Notes: generated by a model from the letters alone, not told the origin. DNA of 64,000 nt from Candidatus Melainabacteria bacterium (GCA_023250195.1 JAHFBF010000001.1:498422-562421); one strand, 5' to 3'. Shown: positions 1 to 9,138, counted from the stretch's first letter. Numbers and translations are program-made.

Positions 1-624
1 ATGAAATTGAACCGCAAGTAAGTTATCTTTTTTTATTATTGCTGTAAACCTTTCAGTGTCGTATTCTGTTTCCGCACAAATGATATTTTTATCCTCCGGG
101 ACTACATAATATGAGTGAACGAAATAATACTTATTCGTGTCATTGCGAGGAAGGCATAAGCCTGACGAAGCAATCTCATAATGTGAAACGGTTTGAGATC
201 CTTCGCTTTGCTCAGGATGACATTTTGTGGTTTGTGTACCACAAAATGTCACATCATTCCACCCAATATGTGGAACTTTTCTTGCTTTTTTAAACTTAAC
301 TACTTTCCCTTTAAATATTCCTAATCCCTTTTCTTCTGGATTTTCTTCACTATCTTCAAATAAAACCTGCATACCTACACATATTCCTAAAAATGGTTTT
401 GAATTTTTTGCTGATTTTATAATTATTTCCTGCAGGTTGTTCTTTTTAACTGCAGACATTACTGCACCAAATGCCCCTACACCGGGGAATATAACTGCAT
501 CTGATTTTTCTATTACTCCAATATCCTTTGTGATTTCAACATCTGCACCAATATATTTAAATGCTTTGTAAACACTGTGAAGATTACCGGAATCTGCATC
601 AATTAAAGATATATGTTTTTTCAT
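1..624 (-). CDS. hisH: Imidazole glycerol phosphate synthase glutaminase subunit HisH (3' end runs off window)
   Basis: My translation of the minus strand from ATG at 622-624 gives MKKHISLIDADSGNLHSV...FPGVGAFG...PFLGICVGMQVLFE...VPHIGWN...YFVHSYYV...LAVQFH. These are class-I GATase/HisH motifs. The frame stays open to position 1. It is absent from the ORF track because no stop lies in the window. Confidence 0.85.
   Translation of the reverse strand, partial: MKKHISLIDADSGNLHSVYKAFKYIGADVEITKDIGVIEKSDAVIFPGVGAFGAVMSAVKKNNLQEIIIKSAKNSKPFLGICVGMQVLFEDSEENPEEKGLGIFKGKVVKFKKARKVPHIGWNDVTFCGTQTTKCHPEQSEGSQTVSHYEIASSGLCLPRNDTNKYYFVHSYYVVPEDKNIICAETEYDTERFTAIIKKDNLLAVQFH
139..221. repeat. Palindromic MITE-like element (GTCATTGCGAGG family) inside the hisH coding frame
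   Basis: GTCATTGCGAGGAAG...ACGAAGCAATCTCA / TGAGATCCTTCGC...CTCAGGATGAC nested inverted repeats. Same architecture as the copies at 10501, 56613 and 59756. Confidence 0.8.
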
Positions 625-658
625 TTTGTTGAGGCAGGTTTTAAACCTGCCTTTACGA

Positions 659-3175
659 TCATTTCACAACGATGTTTACTATTTTGTCAGGTACGACCAC
701 TACCTTGACAAGCTCCTTCCCATCTATTCGTGCTTTTACTTTTTCCAGACTCAGTGCAATTTTCTCAAGCTCTTTTTGAGACTGTCCTTTCTTTGTAGTT
801 AAAACATCTATCTTTTTCCCGCCCATCTGAATAACAAGTTCTATCTCATCTGTAACCAATGCCTGCTTATCGTATTCAGGCCACTTCTGCTGGTGGATAG
901 AATAAGGACCACCAAGTTTACCCCAGAGCTCTTCAGTAATATGAGGTGCTAATGGTGCTAAAAGCTTTAATAAATTTGTAAAAGAAAAACTCAGTATTGT
1001 ACTTTCTAAATCACTGTAAGATTTTTTATCTAAAATAAATTTATACATTGCATTTACAAGCTCTGTCATTCGCGCAATTGCAGTATTAAAAATATATTTC
1101 TCGGATGAAATATCTTCTGATACAGATTTAATAGTGTAATTTGCAATTCTATATATCTCATGTAGAGGCATCGCGCGCAACGCCTCTACATTGACAAATT
1201 CTTCGTAAATTTTTAATCCTGCATTTTCTTTTAGATTAAAAAATAGCCTCCAGATTCTTTCAATAAATCTATACTGCCCTATTGCACCCTGTGTAGACCA
1301 TTCAATCTCCTGCTCAGGCGGTGCTGCAAACAGAATAAATAATCTTGCCGCATCAGCACCATACTCATCAAAAAAATCTGTAGTGCCTACTACATTTCCT
1401 TTTGACTTTGACATCTTTGTAATTTTTTTTTCTTTTGGGCTGAACATTGTTACCATTCCCTGACTAAGAAGGTTTGTAAAAGGCTCATCAAAATTCAAGA
1501 GTCCAAAATCCCTGAAAGCTTTCGTAAAAAACCTTGAGTACAGAAGATGCAGTATGGCATGCTCTACTCCACCCACATATTGATCTACAGGCAGCCAGTA
1601 ATTTACTTTTTCTTTGTCAAAAGCTGCTTTATCGTTTCCAGCATCAGCATAACGAAGATAGTAATAACTTGAACAGATAAAAGTATCCATTGTATCTGTT
1701 TCACGTCTGGCTTCTCCACTGCATTTAGGACATTTTACACTAAGCCACTCCTTGGCTCGTAACAAAGGAGAACCTCCACTTCCTGTAAACTCAATTCCAG
1801 CTTCAGGAAGCATTACAGGCAAATTCTTTTCATCAACCGGAATTACACCACACTTATCACAATAAACTATTGGAATAGGACAACCCCAGTATCTTTGCCT
1901 GCTTATTAACCAGTCACGCAGACGATAAGTAGTTTTTGTTCTGCAAAAACCTTTTTTATTTCCATACTCAATGATTTTTTTCTTTCCATCGTCACTTTGC
2001 AATCCATTAAAAATATCTGAATTAATTATTAAACCAGGTTCAATATAAGCATTCGACAGCTCTCTTGCCAGTCCATCCGGTGAAATTACCTGTTTAATTT
2101 CCAGGTTGACTTTTTTAGCAAATTCAAAATCCCTACTATCATGTGCCGGCACACCCATTACAGCACCGGTACCATATTCAAGAAGCGTATAATCACTTAT
2201 CCATATTGGTATTTTTTGGTTATTAAATGGATTTACTGCATAGCTTCCAAGCAGTACTCCGGTTTTTTCTTTGTTTTCAGAAAGTCTTTCAATTTCACTT
2301 AAAAGACCAGCTTGTTTTATGTATGCCTGAACTTTTTCTTTGTTTTCACTTGTTGTAAGCTCGGATACAAATGGATGCTCCGGTGCTAAAACAAGAAACG
2401 TAACACCATAAATTGTATCGGGTCTTGTTGTATAAACAGGAATTTTAATATTTGATTTTTCAAAAACACTAAAATTAATTTCAGCACCTTCAGATTTGCC
2501 AATCCAGTTTTTCTGCATTCGCTTTACTCTTTCAGGCCATCCCTCTAATTTTTGAAGATCATTTAACAACTCTTCCGCGTACTGAGTAATCTTTAAAAAC
2601 CACTGACACATCATCTTACGCTCTACAAGAGTGTCATCATGCCTCCAGCATTTCCCATCTTCCACCTGTTCATTTGCTAAAACAGTCTGGCATTTTGGAC
2701 ACCAATTTACCGGTGCATCTTTTTGATAGGCAAGTTCATGTTTGTAAAATTGAAGAAATAACCATTGCGTCCATTTATAATAATCAGGACTACACGAAAC
2801 AACTTCTCTATCCCAGTCATAACTGGTCCCCATTCTCTTTAACTGTTTATTTTTCATGTGATCAATATTTTTTTTAGTCCATTCATATGGTGGTACTTTT
2901 CTTTCAATAGCAGCATTTTCAGCAGGAAGTCCAAAAGCATCAAAACCCATTGGATTTAGTACATTAAATCCAAGCATTCTTTTATGTCTGGATATTACAT
3001 CACTAATGGTATAAACCCTCATGTGACCCATATGGAGATCACCACTGGGATAAGGGAACATTACTAAGGAGTAATACTTGGATTTTTTATCAAAATCAAT
3101 GGCTTTATGAAGAGAGGTTTTTTCCCATTCTTCCTGCCATTTATATTCAATTTCTTTAGGTTTGTAGTCAGTCAT
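659..3175 (-). CDS. leuS: Leucyl-tRNA synthetase
   Basis: HMGH ([11 protein letters not shown]) and KMSKS (KMSKSKGN) class-I signatures with LeuS-type editing domain length. The maximal ORF reaches 3202, but [14 protein letters not shown] at 3175 matches the usual LeuS N-terminus. Confidence 0.96.
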   Translation of the reverse strand: MTDYKPKEIEYKWQEEWEKTSLHKAIDFDKKSKYYSLVMFPYPSGDLHMGHMRVYTISDVISRHKRMLGFNVLNPMGFDAFGLPAENAAIERKVPPYEWTKKNIDHMKNKQLKRMGTSYDWDREVVSCSPDYYKWTQWLFLQFYKHELAYQKDAPVNWCPKCQTVLANEQVEDGKCWRHDDTLVERKMMCQWFLKITQYAEELLNDLQKLEGWPERVKRMQKNWIGKSEGAEINFSVFEKSNIKIPVYTTRPDTIYGVTFLVLAPEHPFVSELTTSENKEKVQAYIKQAGLLSEIERLSENKEKTGVLLGSYAVNPFNNQKIPIWISDYTLLEYGTGAVMGVPAHDSRDFEFAKKVNLEIKQVISPDGLARELSNAYIEPGLIINSDIFNGLQSDDGKKKIIEYGNKKGFCRTKTTYRLRDWLISRQRYWGCPIPIVYCDKCGVIPVDEKNLPVMLPEAGIEFTGSGGSPLLRAKEWLSVKCPKCSGEARRETDTMDTFICSSYYYLRYADAGNDKAAFDKEKVNYWLPVDQYVGGVEHAILHLLYSRFFTKAFRDFGLLNFDEPFTNLLSQGMVTMFSPKEKKITKMSKSKGNVVGTTDFFDEYGADAARLFILFAAPPEQEIEWSTQGAIGQYRFIERIWRLFFNLKENAGLKIYEEFVNVEALRAMPLHEIYRIANYTIKSVSEDISSEKYIFNTAIARMTELVNAMYKFILDKKSYSDLESTILSFSFTNLLKLLAPLAPHITEELWGKLGGPYSIHQQKWPEYDKQALVTDEIELVIQMGGKKIDVLTTKKGQSQKELEKIALSLEKVKARIDGKELVKVVVVPDKIVNIVVK

Positions 3176-3370
3176 ATAAGTTTTAATTATATTATGGAAC
3201 AAAACTATCAGGGTTGACTCTCATTTACTTGGAATGATTATATAGGTGAATTAATCGTGCTCCTACAATTGTTTTGCATAAGAGACAAAAGGGGAATAGT
3301 ATTAGCAAAGGGACATTAGTAGATAGCCCTAAAAACAAATCAATTTTAAAGATATAATACAAAAAGAGAT

Positions 3371-4030
3371 ATGAATCAAAGAAAAATAATCTTCAACTCT
3401 TTTATTTTCTGTATAAGCTTAATTATTTTTTACAGCTTCATCTACAGTGTATATGCCAACGAAGGAACTGAATCTTCCAGCGTAAAGATTGAAAGACACT
3501 TTGTTTTTGATACATTACCTTTAAACCTTGAAGAAATCACTTCTGCTGCAGGCCGAATATTTACCGGCATTTGTACCAATGTAGAAGAAATTGAAAATGA
3601 TCCGGAATCAAAACTGCCGGTAACTAAATATACATTTAAAATTACTGAAGCAATAAAAGGGCTACAGGGAAAAGAAGAAGTAACCTTTAAACAATGGAAG
3701 CCTACCACAAAAGATGCCAGTTACAAGGCAGGGGAAAAATATATTTTATTTTTATATCCTGACAGTGAAAGAGGATTAACAAGTCCAGTAGGATTCTTAC
3801 AGGGACAATTTGAAATTGAAAAGAAAGGACTTATAAGAAGAAGTGAAGTTGTTAGAAATAAATCCAGTAATAGAGGATTAAACAGAAATCTAAGAACACA
3901 AAAGAAAGTAGTTATTAATGAAGATAAGTACATAAATGATTATGTTGAAAGTTGTTCTGAACTTGGAATACCAATGAGATATCAAGAGTTTGTTAAAGCA
4001 GTGAGGTACTTAGAAAAAAGAGGAAAATGA
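3371..4030 (+). CDS. Secreted or membrane-anchored hypothetical protein, translationally coupled to the downstream metalloprotease
   Basis: N-terminal hydrophobic signal/anchor (IIFNSFIFCISLIIFYSFIYSVYA). The stop overlaps the next start (ATGA at 4027-4030). No recognisable catalytic motif. Confidence 0.6.
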   Translation: MNQRKIIFNSFIFCISLIIFYSFIYSVYANEGTESSSVKIERHFVFDTLPLNLEEITSAAGRIFTGICTNVEEIENDPESKLPVTKYTFKITEAIKGLQGKEEVTFKQWKPTTKDASYKAGEKYILFLYPDSERGLTSPVGFLQGQFEIEKKGLIRRSEVVRNKSSNRGLNRNLRTQKKVVINEDKYINDYVESCSELGIPMRYQEFVKAVRYLEKRGK

Positions 4031-5982
4031 AAAAGCTTTATCTATTTTTAGTCTTAGCTTTCTTTATAATAAGCTCTTTAAGTGCTTATGCAGGCGGCCC
4101 TTTAGTTGTAAAGAATGGAATGGCTATAACTTATGGCTCAAGGCCTCTTCTTTACAGGTTTGATCTGGGAACTCTCGGAATGCTTAGCAATGTCGAGGCA
4201 AGAGAGCTTTTTGAAGATCTGTTTTCAGATTGGAAAGCAGTCCCTACAGCATTAGATACTTTTAAACGTGATACTCCTGATTCTCTGGAATTTGATGTGA
4301 CTGCAAGCAATTTTGACTCGATTTTAAATTCAAATAGTCTTCTGGGATATACCCCTGTAGTTTTTGATACTGATGGTTCAGTATTAAATGCTTTCCTCGG
4401 GAATGGTGCAGCAAATTCTGTTCTTGGTTTATCCGGTCCCATCACTGTAAGCTCTGGTCCGCTGGCAAATCAGATTGCTGAATCACAGGCTGTTTTTAAC
4501 GGAAAGTTTATAGACGGTATTAATACTTCTACTAATCCTGAATCTACCACTGATTCTTTCAGGGGTACTATAATTCACGAGTTTGGACACGGGAGAGGGT
4601 TGGATCATTCACAGATAAATGTAGAAGCCATTAAACCAGGCTCAAGTCAGCAGCTTAGAGACACCGTTCCATTAATGTTTCCAGTTGCTGTAAATGACTT
4701 ATTTATAATTAGAAGAGATGATGCTTCTGCAATTTCTTCACTCTATCCAAATCAAAGTACAATAAGTGGTTTTGGAACTATAGAAGGAAAGCTCTTTAGA
4801 CAGGATGGAACAACACCAGTTCTAGGTGCAAATGTAATTGCAAGAAATATAAGTGATCCTACTCTAGAAGCAGTTTCATGTGTATCTGATTTTCTAATAG
4901 AGGGAAATGGTTTTTATAAGCTTTTTACAATTCCACCAGGACAATACACCATTGAAATAGAACCTGTTGATCTTTCATTTACCGGTGGTTCCGGAGTAGG
5001 ACCATATACTGCAAGCAAGACGGATAGATCATTCCAAAACCCTGTGACAAAAGGGTTTTACACAGGTCCAAATAAACCAATAACCTCAGATAAAACTCAG
5101 GCACTAATTGTTAACATAACTGCCGGACAGACAATAAAAGATGTAAATATTATTGCATCACAAACGACCTCTTCATCAAGTACCTCAAGCAGCGGTTCCG
5201 TTGAAATAAATGAAGTTGAACCAAATAATTCAGTTGGTGAATCTCAAATAATTACCCTGCCTATTACAATCTCCGGAAATATTGCAAAAGGAGATCCAGG
5301 AGAATTAGGATTAAATTCAGATGATGGTGAAATGATTATAATAAGTGATCTCTTTCAATTTACCCTCACACAGTCTGATTCAATAAATGCATTACTTACC
5401 TTTCCCGACGGTTCAAGTGATAGCGATCTTGATCTGATTTTATTCAGCTCAACTGGAGCAGAAATAATAGATGCCTCAAGTCAGACTGGAAAAACCGATG
5501 AATTGATCAGCTCTCCACTTCAAGCAGGTACTTATATTTTAGGAGTGGGTGCATTCTCAGGTTCTGCACCATATAAACTTTCAGTAACTAACTCAGGCAG
5601 TACACCACCATCTATAGCCCTCTTAGGTCCTTCCAGTATAGTTCTTAGCGATCTGGGAATGAACAACTTTAAAATTATAGTTGATGCTTCTAACTTCAAG
5701 TCTAAAGCTAACTGTAAAGTTAAAAAATCCAATGGCCAGCTTGTAAAAAACGAGGTTAAATCATTTCTACTGGACTCAGTTAGAACCAGTAAAAATATTA
5801 AATTTAAAGTCCCGCTTGCTAAAGCTATTGATTTTATAAATAACCAGACAGAAGAAACCGTTACAATATCTGTAATCTGTTCAAATGGAGCAAGTGACGA
5901 AATTGATGTTCTACTAACACCAAAAACTCAAGCAAGAGTAAAGAATCAAAAAGCCCGGCATATTTTAAGGATCAGGCAATAG
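4027..5982 (+). CDS. Secreted zinc metalloprotease (metzincin-type HExxHxxGxxH) with a pre-peptidase C-terminal (PPC)-like domain and an extra C-terminal domain
   Basis: Signal peptide (LVLAFFIISSLSAYA). HEFGHGRGLDH zinc motif. Ser/Thr linker SQTTSSSSTSSSGS. PPC-like segment EVEPNNSVGESQ...DLDLILFSSTG...GTYILGV. Confidence 0.8.
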   Translation: MKKLYLFLVLAFFIISSLSAYAGGPLVVKNGMAITYGSRPLLYRFDLGTLGMLSNVEARELFEDLFSDWKAVPTALDTFKRDTPDSLEFDVTASNFDSILNSNSLLGYTPVVFDTDGSVLNAFLGNGAANSVLGLSGPITVSSGPLANQIAESQAVFNGKFIDGINTSTNPESTTDSFRGTIIHEFGHGRGLDHSQINVEAIKPGSSQQLRDTVPLMFPVAVNDLFIIRRDDASAISSLYPNQSTISGFGTIEGKLFRQDGTTPVLGANVIARNISDPTLEAVSCVSDFLIEGNGFYKLFTIPPGQYTIEIEPVDLSFTGGSGVGPYTASKTDRSFQNPVTKGFYTGPNKPITSDKTQALIVNITAGQTIKDVNIIASQTTSSSSTSSSGSVEINEVEPNNSVGESQIITLPITISGNIAKGDPGELGLNSDDGEMIIISDLFQFTLTQSDSINALLTFPDGSSDSDLDLILFSSTGAEIIDASSQTGKTDELISSPLQAGTYILGVGAFSGSAPYKLSVTNSGSTPPSIALLGPSSIVLSDLGMNNFKIIVDASNFKSKANCKVKKSNGQLVKNEVKSFLLDSVRTSKNIKFKVPLAKAIDFINNQTEETVTISVICSNGASDEIDVLLTPKTQARVKNQKARHILRIRQ

Positions 5983-6089
5983 GAGAACGTGAGTTCTGAC
6001 AAAATCCGATTTATAAGTCACGTAATAAGACTCAATGTGTAATTACTCAGCTACTGTAATGATTTATCAATATAAAGTTAGCAAGGAAA

Positions 6090-6204
6090 GATTTTGCCGA
6101 GTAAATCGACAAAATCTGTATAATGCTACAAATGGCATACCAGAAGCACTATGCAAAGCCCGACAAGCGAAGAATGAGCAAGGAGGGCGGTAAGTATTAC
6201 CTCA
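6090..6204 (+). promoter_or_regulatory. Conserved hairpin + TATAAT + ~75-nt leader module upstream of the M16 peptidase (copy A; copy B precedes valS)
   Basis: Hairpin GATTTTGCCGA-GTAAA-TCGACAAAATC (6090-6116) and TATAAT (6119-6124). The leader TACAAATGGCATACC...GCAAAGCCCGACAAGCGAAGAATGAGCAAGGAGGGCGGTAAG is near-identical to the reverse complement of 62742-62820. Confidence 0.5.
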
Positions 6205-7497
6205 ATGTCAACTTCTCCCAAAAACAAACAACCAAAAAAAATACTACTTGATAACGGACTCACAATAGTAGCTGAAGAAATTCCTACTGCTCTATCGTGT
6301 ACACTAAGCATCTGGGTTAATGCCGGTTCAATAGATGAAGATGTAAGTAATAACGGTATTTCACACTTTATTGAACATATTCTATTTAAAGGTACAAAGA
6401 CAAGATCAGCTCTTGATATTGCCGAACAAAGTGAAAATGTCGGAGCAAATTTAAACGCGTTTACAGATAGAGAACACACCTGTTACCATACCAGAATTTT
6501 AAGTGAACATGTTTCTGTAGCTCTTGAGTTATTTTTAGACATGTTGCTTAATCCAAAATTAAATGAAAATGACTTTGAGCTTGAACGGCAGGTGATTCTT
6601 GAAGAAGTTAAAATGTATGAAGATACCCCCGAGGATCTGGCTCAGGATTTTCTTTATGAAATCATCTGGAAAGACCACCCACTTGGCAAGCCAATTACAG
6701 GAACAATAAAATCAATTGCAAGTTTAAAAAAAGAGCTTGTAATGAAATATTTAAATAGTTTATATACTCCAGACAATATAGTTATTTCAGTAGCAGGGAA
6801 ATTTAATCTGGATGAAATCATAAAACAAACAGAAAAATTTACCTCACATGTTAAAAGACAAAAGAAAAAAGATGAGCCACCTCCTTTAATAATTACTCCT
6901 GACATTTTTATCAAAGCAAAAGAAATAGAACAATCCCATTTATGTTTTGCTACTAAAGGAGTTTCAGTATTTGAGGAAGACCGGTATGTTTTAGCTGTAA
7001 TTGACATTGCTGTTGGTGGAGGAATGAGTTCAAGATTATTTCAGGAAATACGAGAAAAAAGAGGATTAGCTTATTCTGTTTCATCTAATTACCAAACAAA
7101 TCGGCTTGGAGGACTATTTAGTGTATATGCTGCTACTACAAATAAAGATTCAAGTTTAGTTACTGACCTAATTTTAAAAGAATTAAAAGCTATTAAAAAG
7201 AACGGCTTAAAGCCTGACGAATTGGAAAGATCAAAAATGCAGCTTAAAACCAGTCTTTTTCTAGAACTTGAATCAACCCAGATTAGAGCATTTAGAAATG
7301 CATTATATTTACTTTACTATAATAAATTTTTTACAATTGATGAAATAAATGATTCAGTCCAATCTATTACAAATGAGAGAGTTATTAAGCTTGCAAATGA
7401 ATTATTTGATTCACAATATTTTGCACTTACTTTACTTGCACCAAAAAGTGGATTACCAAACAGGCAGCAATTAGAAGATGTAATTAAAAAATATTAA
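6205..7497 (+). CDS. M16 family (pitrilysin-like) zinc peptidase
   Basis: Inverted zinc motif HxxEH (GISHFIEHILFKGT), ~430 aa two-domain M16 architecture, LNAFTDREHTCY. Confidence 0.9.
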   Translation: MSTSPKNKQPKKILLDNGLTIVAEEIPTALSCTLSIWVNAGSIDEDVSNNGISHFIEHILFKGTKTRSALDIAEQSENVGANLNAFTDREHTCYHTRILSEHVSVALELFLDMLLNPKLNENDFELERQVILEEVKMYEDTPEDLAQDFLYEIIWKDHPLGKPITGTIKSIASLKKELVMKYLNSLYTPDNIVISVAGKFNLDEIIKQTEKFTSHVKRQKKKDEPPPLIITPDIFIKAKEIEQSHLCFATKGVSVFEEDRYVLAVIDIAVGGGMSSRLFQEIREKRGLAYSVSSNYQTNRLGGLFSVYAATTNKDSSLVTDLILKELKAIKKNGLKPDELERSKMQLKTSLFLELESTQIRAFRNALYLLYYNKFFTIDEINDSVQSITNERVIKLANELFDSQYFALTLLAPKSGLPNRQQLEDVIKKY

Positions 7498-8237
7498 TAA
7501 TGAAGAGTTTTCACTTTCCTGTGGGCAGTCTCTTCAAAACCATCATCCAAAGCAACTTCTGGCATATTTAGTCCTTTTCTTTCTAAAGCAAGCCTTATTA
7601 ATTTATCTGCCAAATGTGGATTTTTGGGTAAAAGCGATCCATGAAGATAGGTTCCAAAAACGTTCTTATATCTGGCACCCTCAAAACCATCTTCCCCATT
7701 ATTTCCACCACCACGAATTACTTTTGCAAAGGGCTTAATAGAATTTCCTAAAAAAGTCTTTCCGCTGTGATTCTCAAAACCTACAATTAAAGACGGGTGC
7801 CCCCCCTCTTTACGTTCGATTTCTTCACATAATACATTTCCTATCATTCTTTTATTTCCAGCAACAGTATAAAGATCCAGAGCCTCAATACCAGGTATTT
7901 CTGCTCCTTCGCCTGCTTTGTAATACTTACCAAGTAATTGATAGCCCCCGCATACAGCTAAAAATACAACTTCATTTTCAATTAAATTAACAAGTTCTTT
8001 CTTTTTTATCTGAAGATCATTTGATACTAAAACTTGTTGTTGGTCCTGTCCACCTCCAATAAAAAAAATATCGAAATCTTTTCCCTGTAAATTTTCACCA
8101 GGACCTATTGTTGTCACATTTAAATTAATTCCCCTGGACTTGCATCTAAAAGACAAAGTTAATACATTCCCTTTATCACCATAAATGTTTAGAAGTTTTG
8201 GGTAAAGATATGCAAGTTCTAAGGTTAGTGGTGACAT
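7494..8237 (-). CDS. gatD: CobB/CobQ-like type-1 glutamine amidotransferase (GatD-like, partner of MurT in lipid II amidation)
   Basis: LYPKLLNIYGDKGN start, nucleophile region FLAVCGGYQLLG, C-terminal GTYLHGSLLPKNPHLAD. No murT is visible in the window. Confidence 0.75.
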   Translation of the reverse strand: MSPLTLELAYLYPKLLNIYGDKGNVLTLSFRCKSRGINLNVTTIGPGENLQGKDFDIFFIGGGQDQQQVLVSNDLQIKKKELVNLIENEVVFLAVCGGYQLLGKYYKAGEGAEIPGIEALDLYTVAGNKRMIGNVLCEEIERKEGGHPSLIVGFENHSGKTFLGNSIKPFAKVIRGGGNNGEDGFEGARYKNVFGTYLHGSLLPKNPHLADKLIRLALERKGLNMPEVALDDGFEETAHRKVKTLHY

Positions 8238-8360
8238 ATAGATAAATAATACAAGGAATGTCCTCTATGCGCTAACTAAAGACTGGTCAACCAGAGAATG
8301 ACATTATCCAATTTCTGACATACTTGTTATATAATTAATTAAAAAAAGAGGTGATTGACA

Positions 8361-8582
8361 ATGTCAGATGCAGTAAAGAAAACCATTAAATTATACAAAG
8401 ACAGCAAAAAAAAGCTTGGTGATTTTACAAAGTGGTCAGATAAGCAGGTAGTATCCATTAGAGATAAAATGAGAAAAATAGCTAAAAAAAATCGTGGGAA
8501 ATGGACGCTTGAGTTTTATGAATCACTGCAGTTAATTAATAAAGAGAGTTTAAAGAGAAAACTAACTCAGAAAACAGCTTAG
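8361..8582 (+). CDS. Small basic hypothetical protein
   Basis: ATG at 8361 preceded by AGAGGTG. Lys-rich 73-aa ORF with no recognised motif. Confidence 0.4.
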   Translation: MSDAVKKTIKLYKDSKKKLGDFTKWSDKQVVSIRDKMRKIAKKNRGKWTLEFYESLQLINKESLKRKLTQKTA

Positions 8583-8632
8583 ATGTGCAGAGCGGTTATT
8601 AGGAAAAGGGAATAAATCGTTTTAATATTTAA

Positions 8633-8720
8633 AGGATTTGTCCGGTTCATCCGGCAAATCCGATCCAACGAAAGGGATTGACCGAAGGAAAGTTCAGCTT
8701 GTCTGAACTTATATAAAAAA
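8633..8720 (+). promoter_or_regulatory. Two-hairpin 5' element, copy 1, ending exactly at the ATG of the 8721 ORF
   Basis: GGATTTG-T-CCGG/TTCAT/CCGG-CAAATCC hairpin, then GTTCAG/CTTGT/CTGAAC hairpin, then TTATATAAAAAAATG. Confidence 0.65.
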
Positions 8721-8927
8721 ATGACATCAAGACGAAAATTTATGGGTTCAGATATCGATCTGGTTTTAAAGGGCGAGTTGGAAATAGATAAGTTCTGTGC
8801 CACAAGAAACGTCAGTCCACGAACTGCTTATATCTGGTGCTTAGAACGTGCCACCACCGAAGAACAACGTGAAAAAGTCAAACGTTGGATGAAGGAATAT
8901 TTTGATAAGGGTGTTGGGTTAATCTAG
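8721..8927 (+). CDS. Small hypothetical protein with a possible helix-turn-helix
   Basis: 68-aa ORF beginning right after element copy 1. The segment FCATRNVSPRTAYIWCLERA looks like a short HTH. Weak assignment. Confidence 0.45.
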   Translation: MTSRRKFMGSDIDLVLKGELEIDKFCATRNVSPRTAYIWCLERATTEEQREKVKRWMKEYFDKGVGLI

Positions 8928-8988
8928 TACAACTTAAGGAAGCTATTCAAACACAGATCTACAGACCTTAGAACGTATTTTCAAATAT

Positions 8989-9075
8989 AGGATTTGTCCA
9001 ATTTACTTGGCAAATCCGATCAATCACAGATACTGACCAATGGAAGCCTCAGCTTGTCTGAGGCATTATAAAAAA
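8989..9075 (+). promoter_or_regulatory. Two-hairpin 5' element, copy 2
   Basis: GGATTTG-T-CCAA/TTTAC/TTGG-CAAATCC and GCCTCAG/CTTGT/CTGAGGC. Both stems keep pairing through compensatory changes relative to copy 1. Ends ATTATAAAAAAATG. Confidence 0.65.
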
Positions 9076-9114
9076 ATGAAGGAATATTTTGATAAGGGTG
9101 TTGGGTTAATGTAG
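9076..9114 (+). pseudogene. 12-codon remnant duplicating the 3' end of the 8721-8927 ORF
   Basis: ATGAAGGAATATTTTGATAAGGGTGTTGGGTTAATGTAG is nearly identical to 8889-8927 (MKEYFDKGVGLI*). Confidence 0.55.
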
Positions 9115-9138
9115 TAGTGTATTGCAATACACCACTAC
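9111..9138. terminator. Perfect-arm hairpin between convergent genes (possible bidirectional terminator)
   Basis: GTAGTAGTGTATTG/CAATACACCACTAC, a 14-bp stem with one mismatch, between the + strand remnant and the stop of the minus-strand 9135 gene. No clear U-tract. Confidence 0.35.

Noticed and set aside
111-571. Plus-strand ORFs 111-293 and 227-571 from the ORF track
   Set aside because: They are antisense to a clearly recognisable hisH reading frame. Part of the 111-293 ORF is simply the palindromic repeat read on the other strand.
3176-3202. N-terminal extensions of maximal ORFs: leuS to 3202, dnaX to 57935, gmhB from 47885, gmhA from 47289, phoU from 53385, the epimerase to 45394, and the 28965 start
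   Set aside because: The internal ATG starts match conserved N-termini of the families or have better RBS or overlap context. The extensions start at TTG or GTG, or run through repeat or hairpin sequence.
3203-3370. Possible T-box or other tRNA-sensing leader upstream of leuS (and at 62742-62900 upstream of valS)
   Set aside because: I could find no T-box sequence, specifier-loop architecture or terminator/antiterminator pair. The valS leader is too short (~75 nt) and is shared with a peptidase gene.
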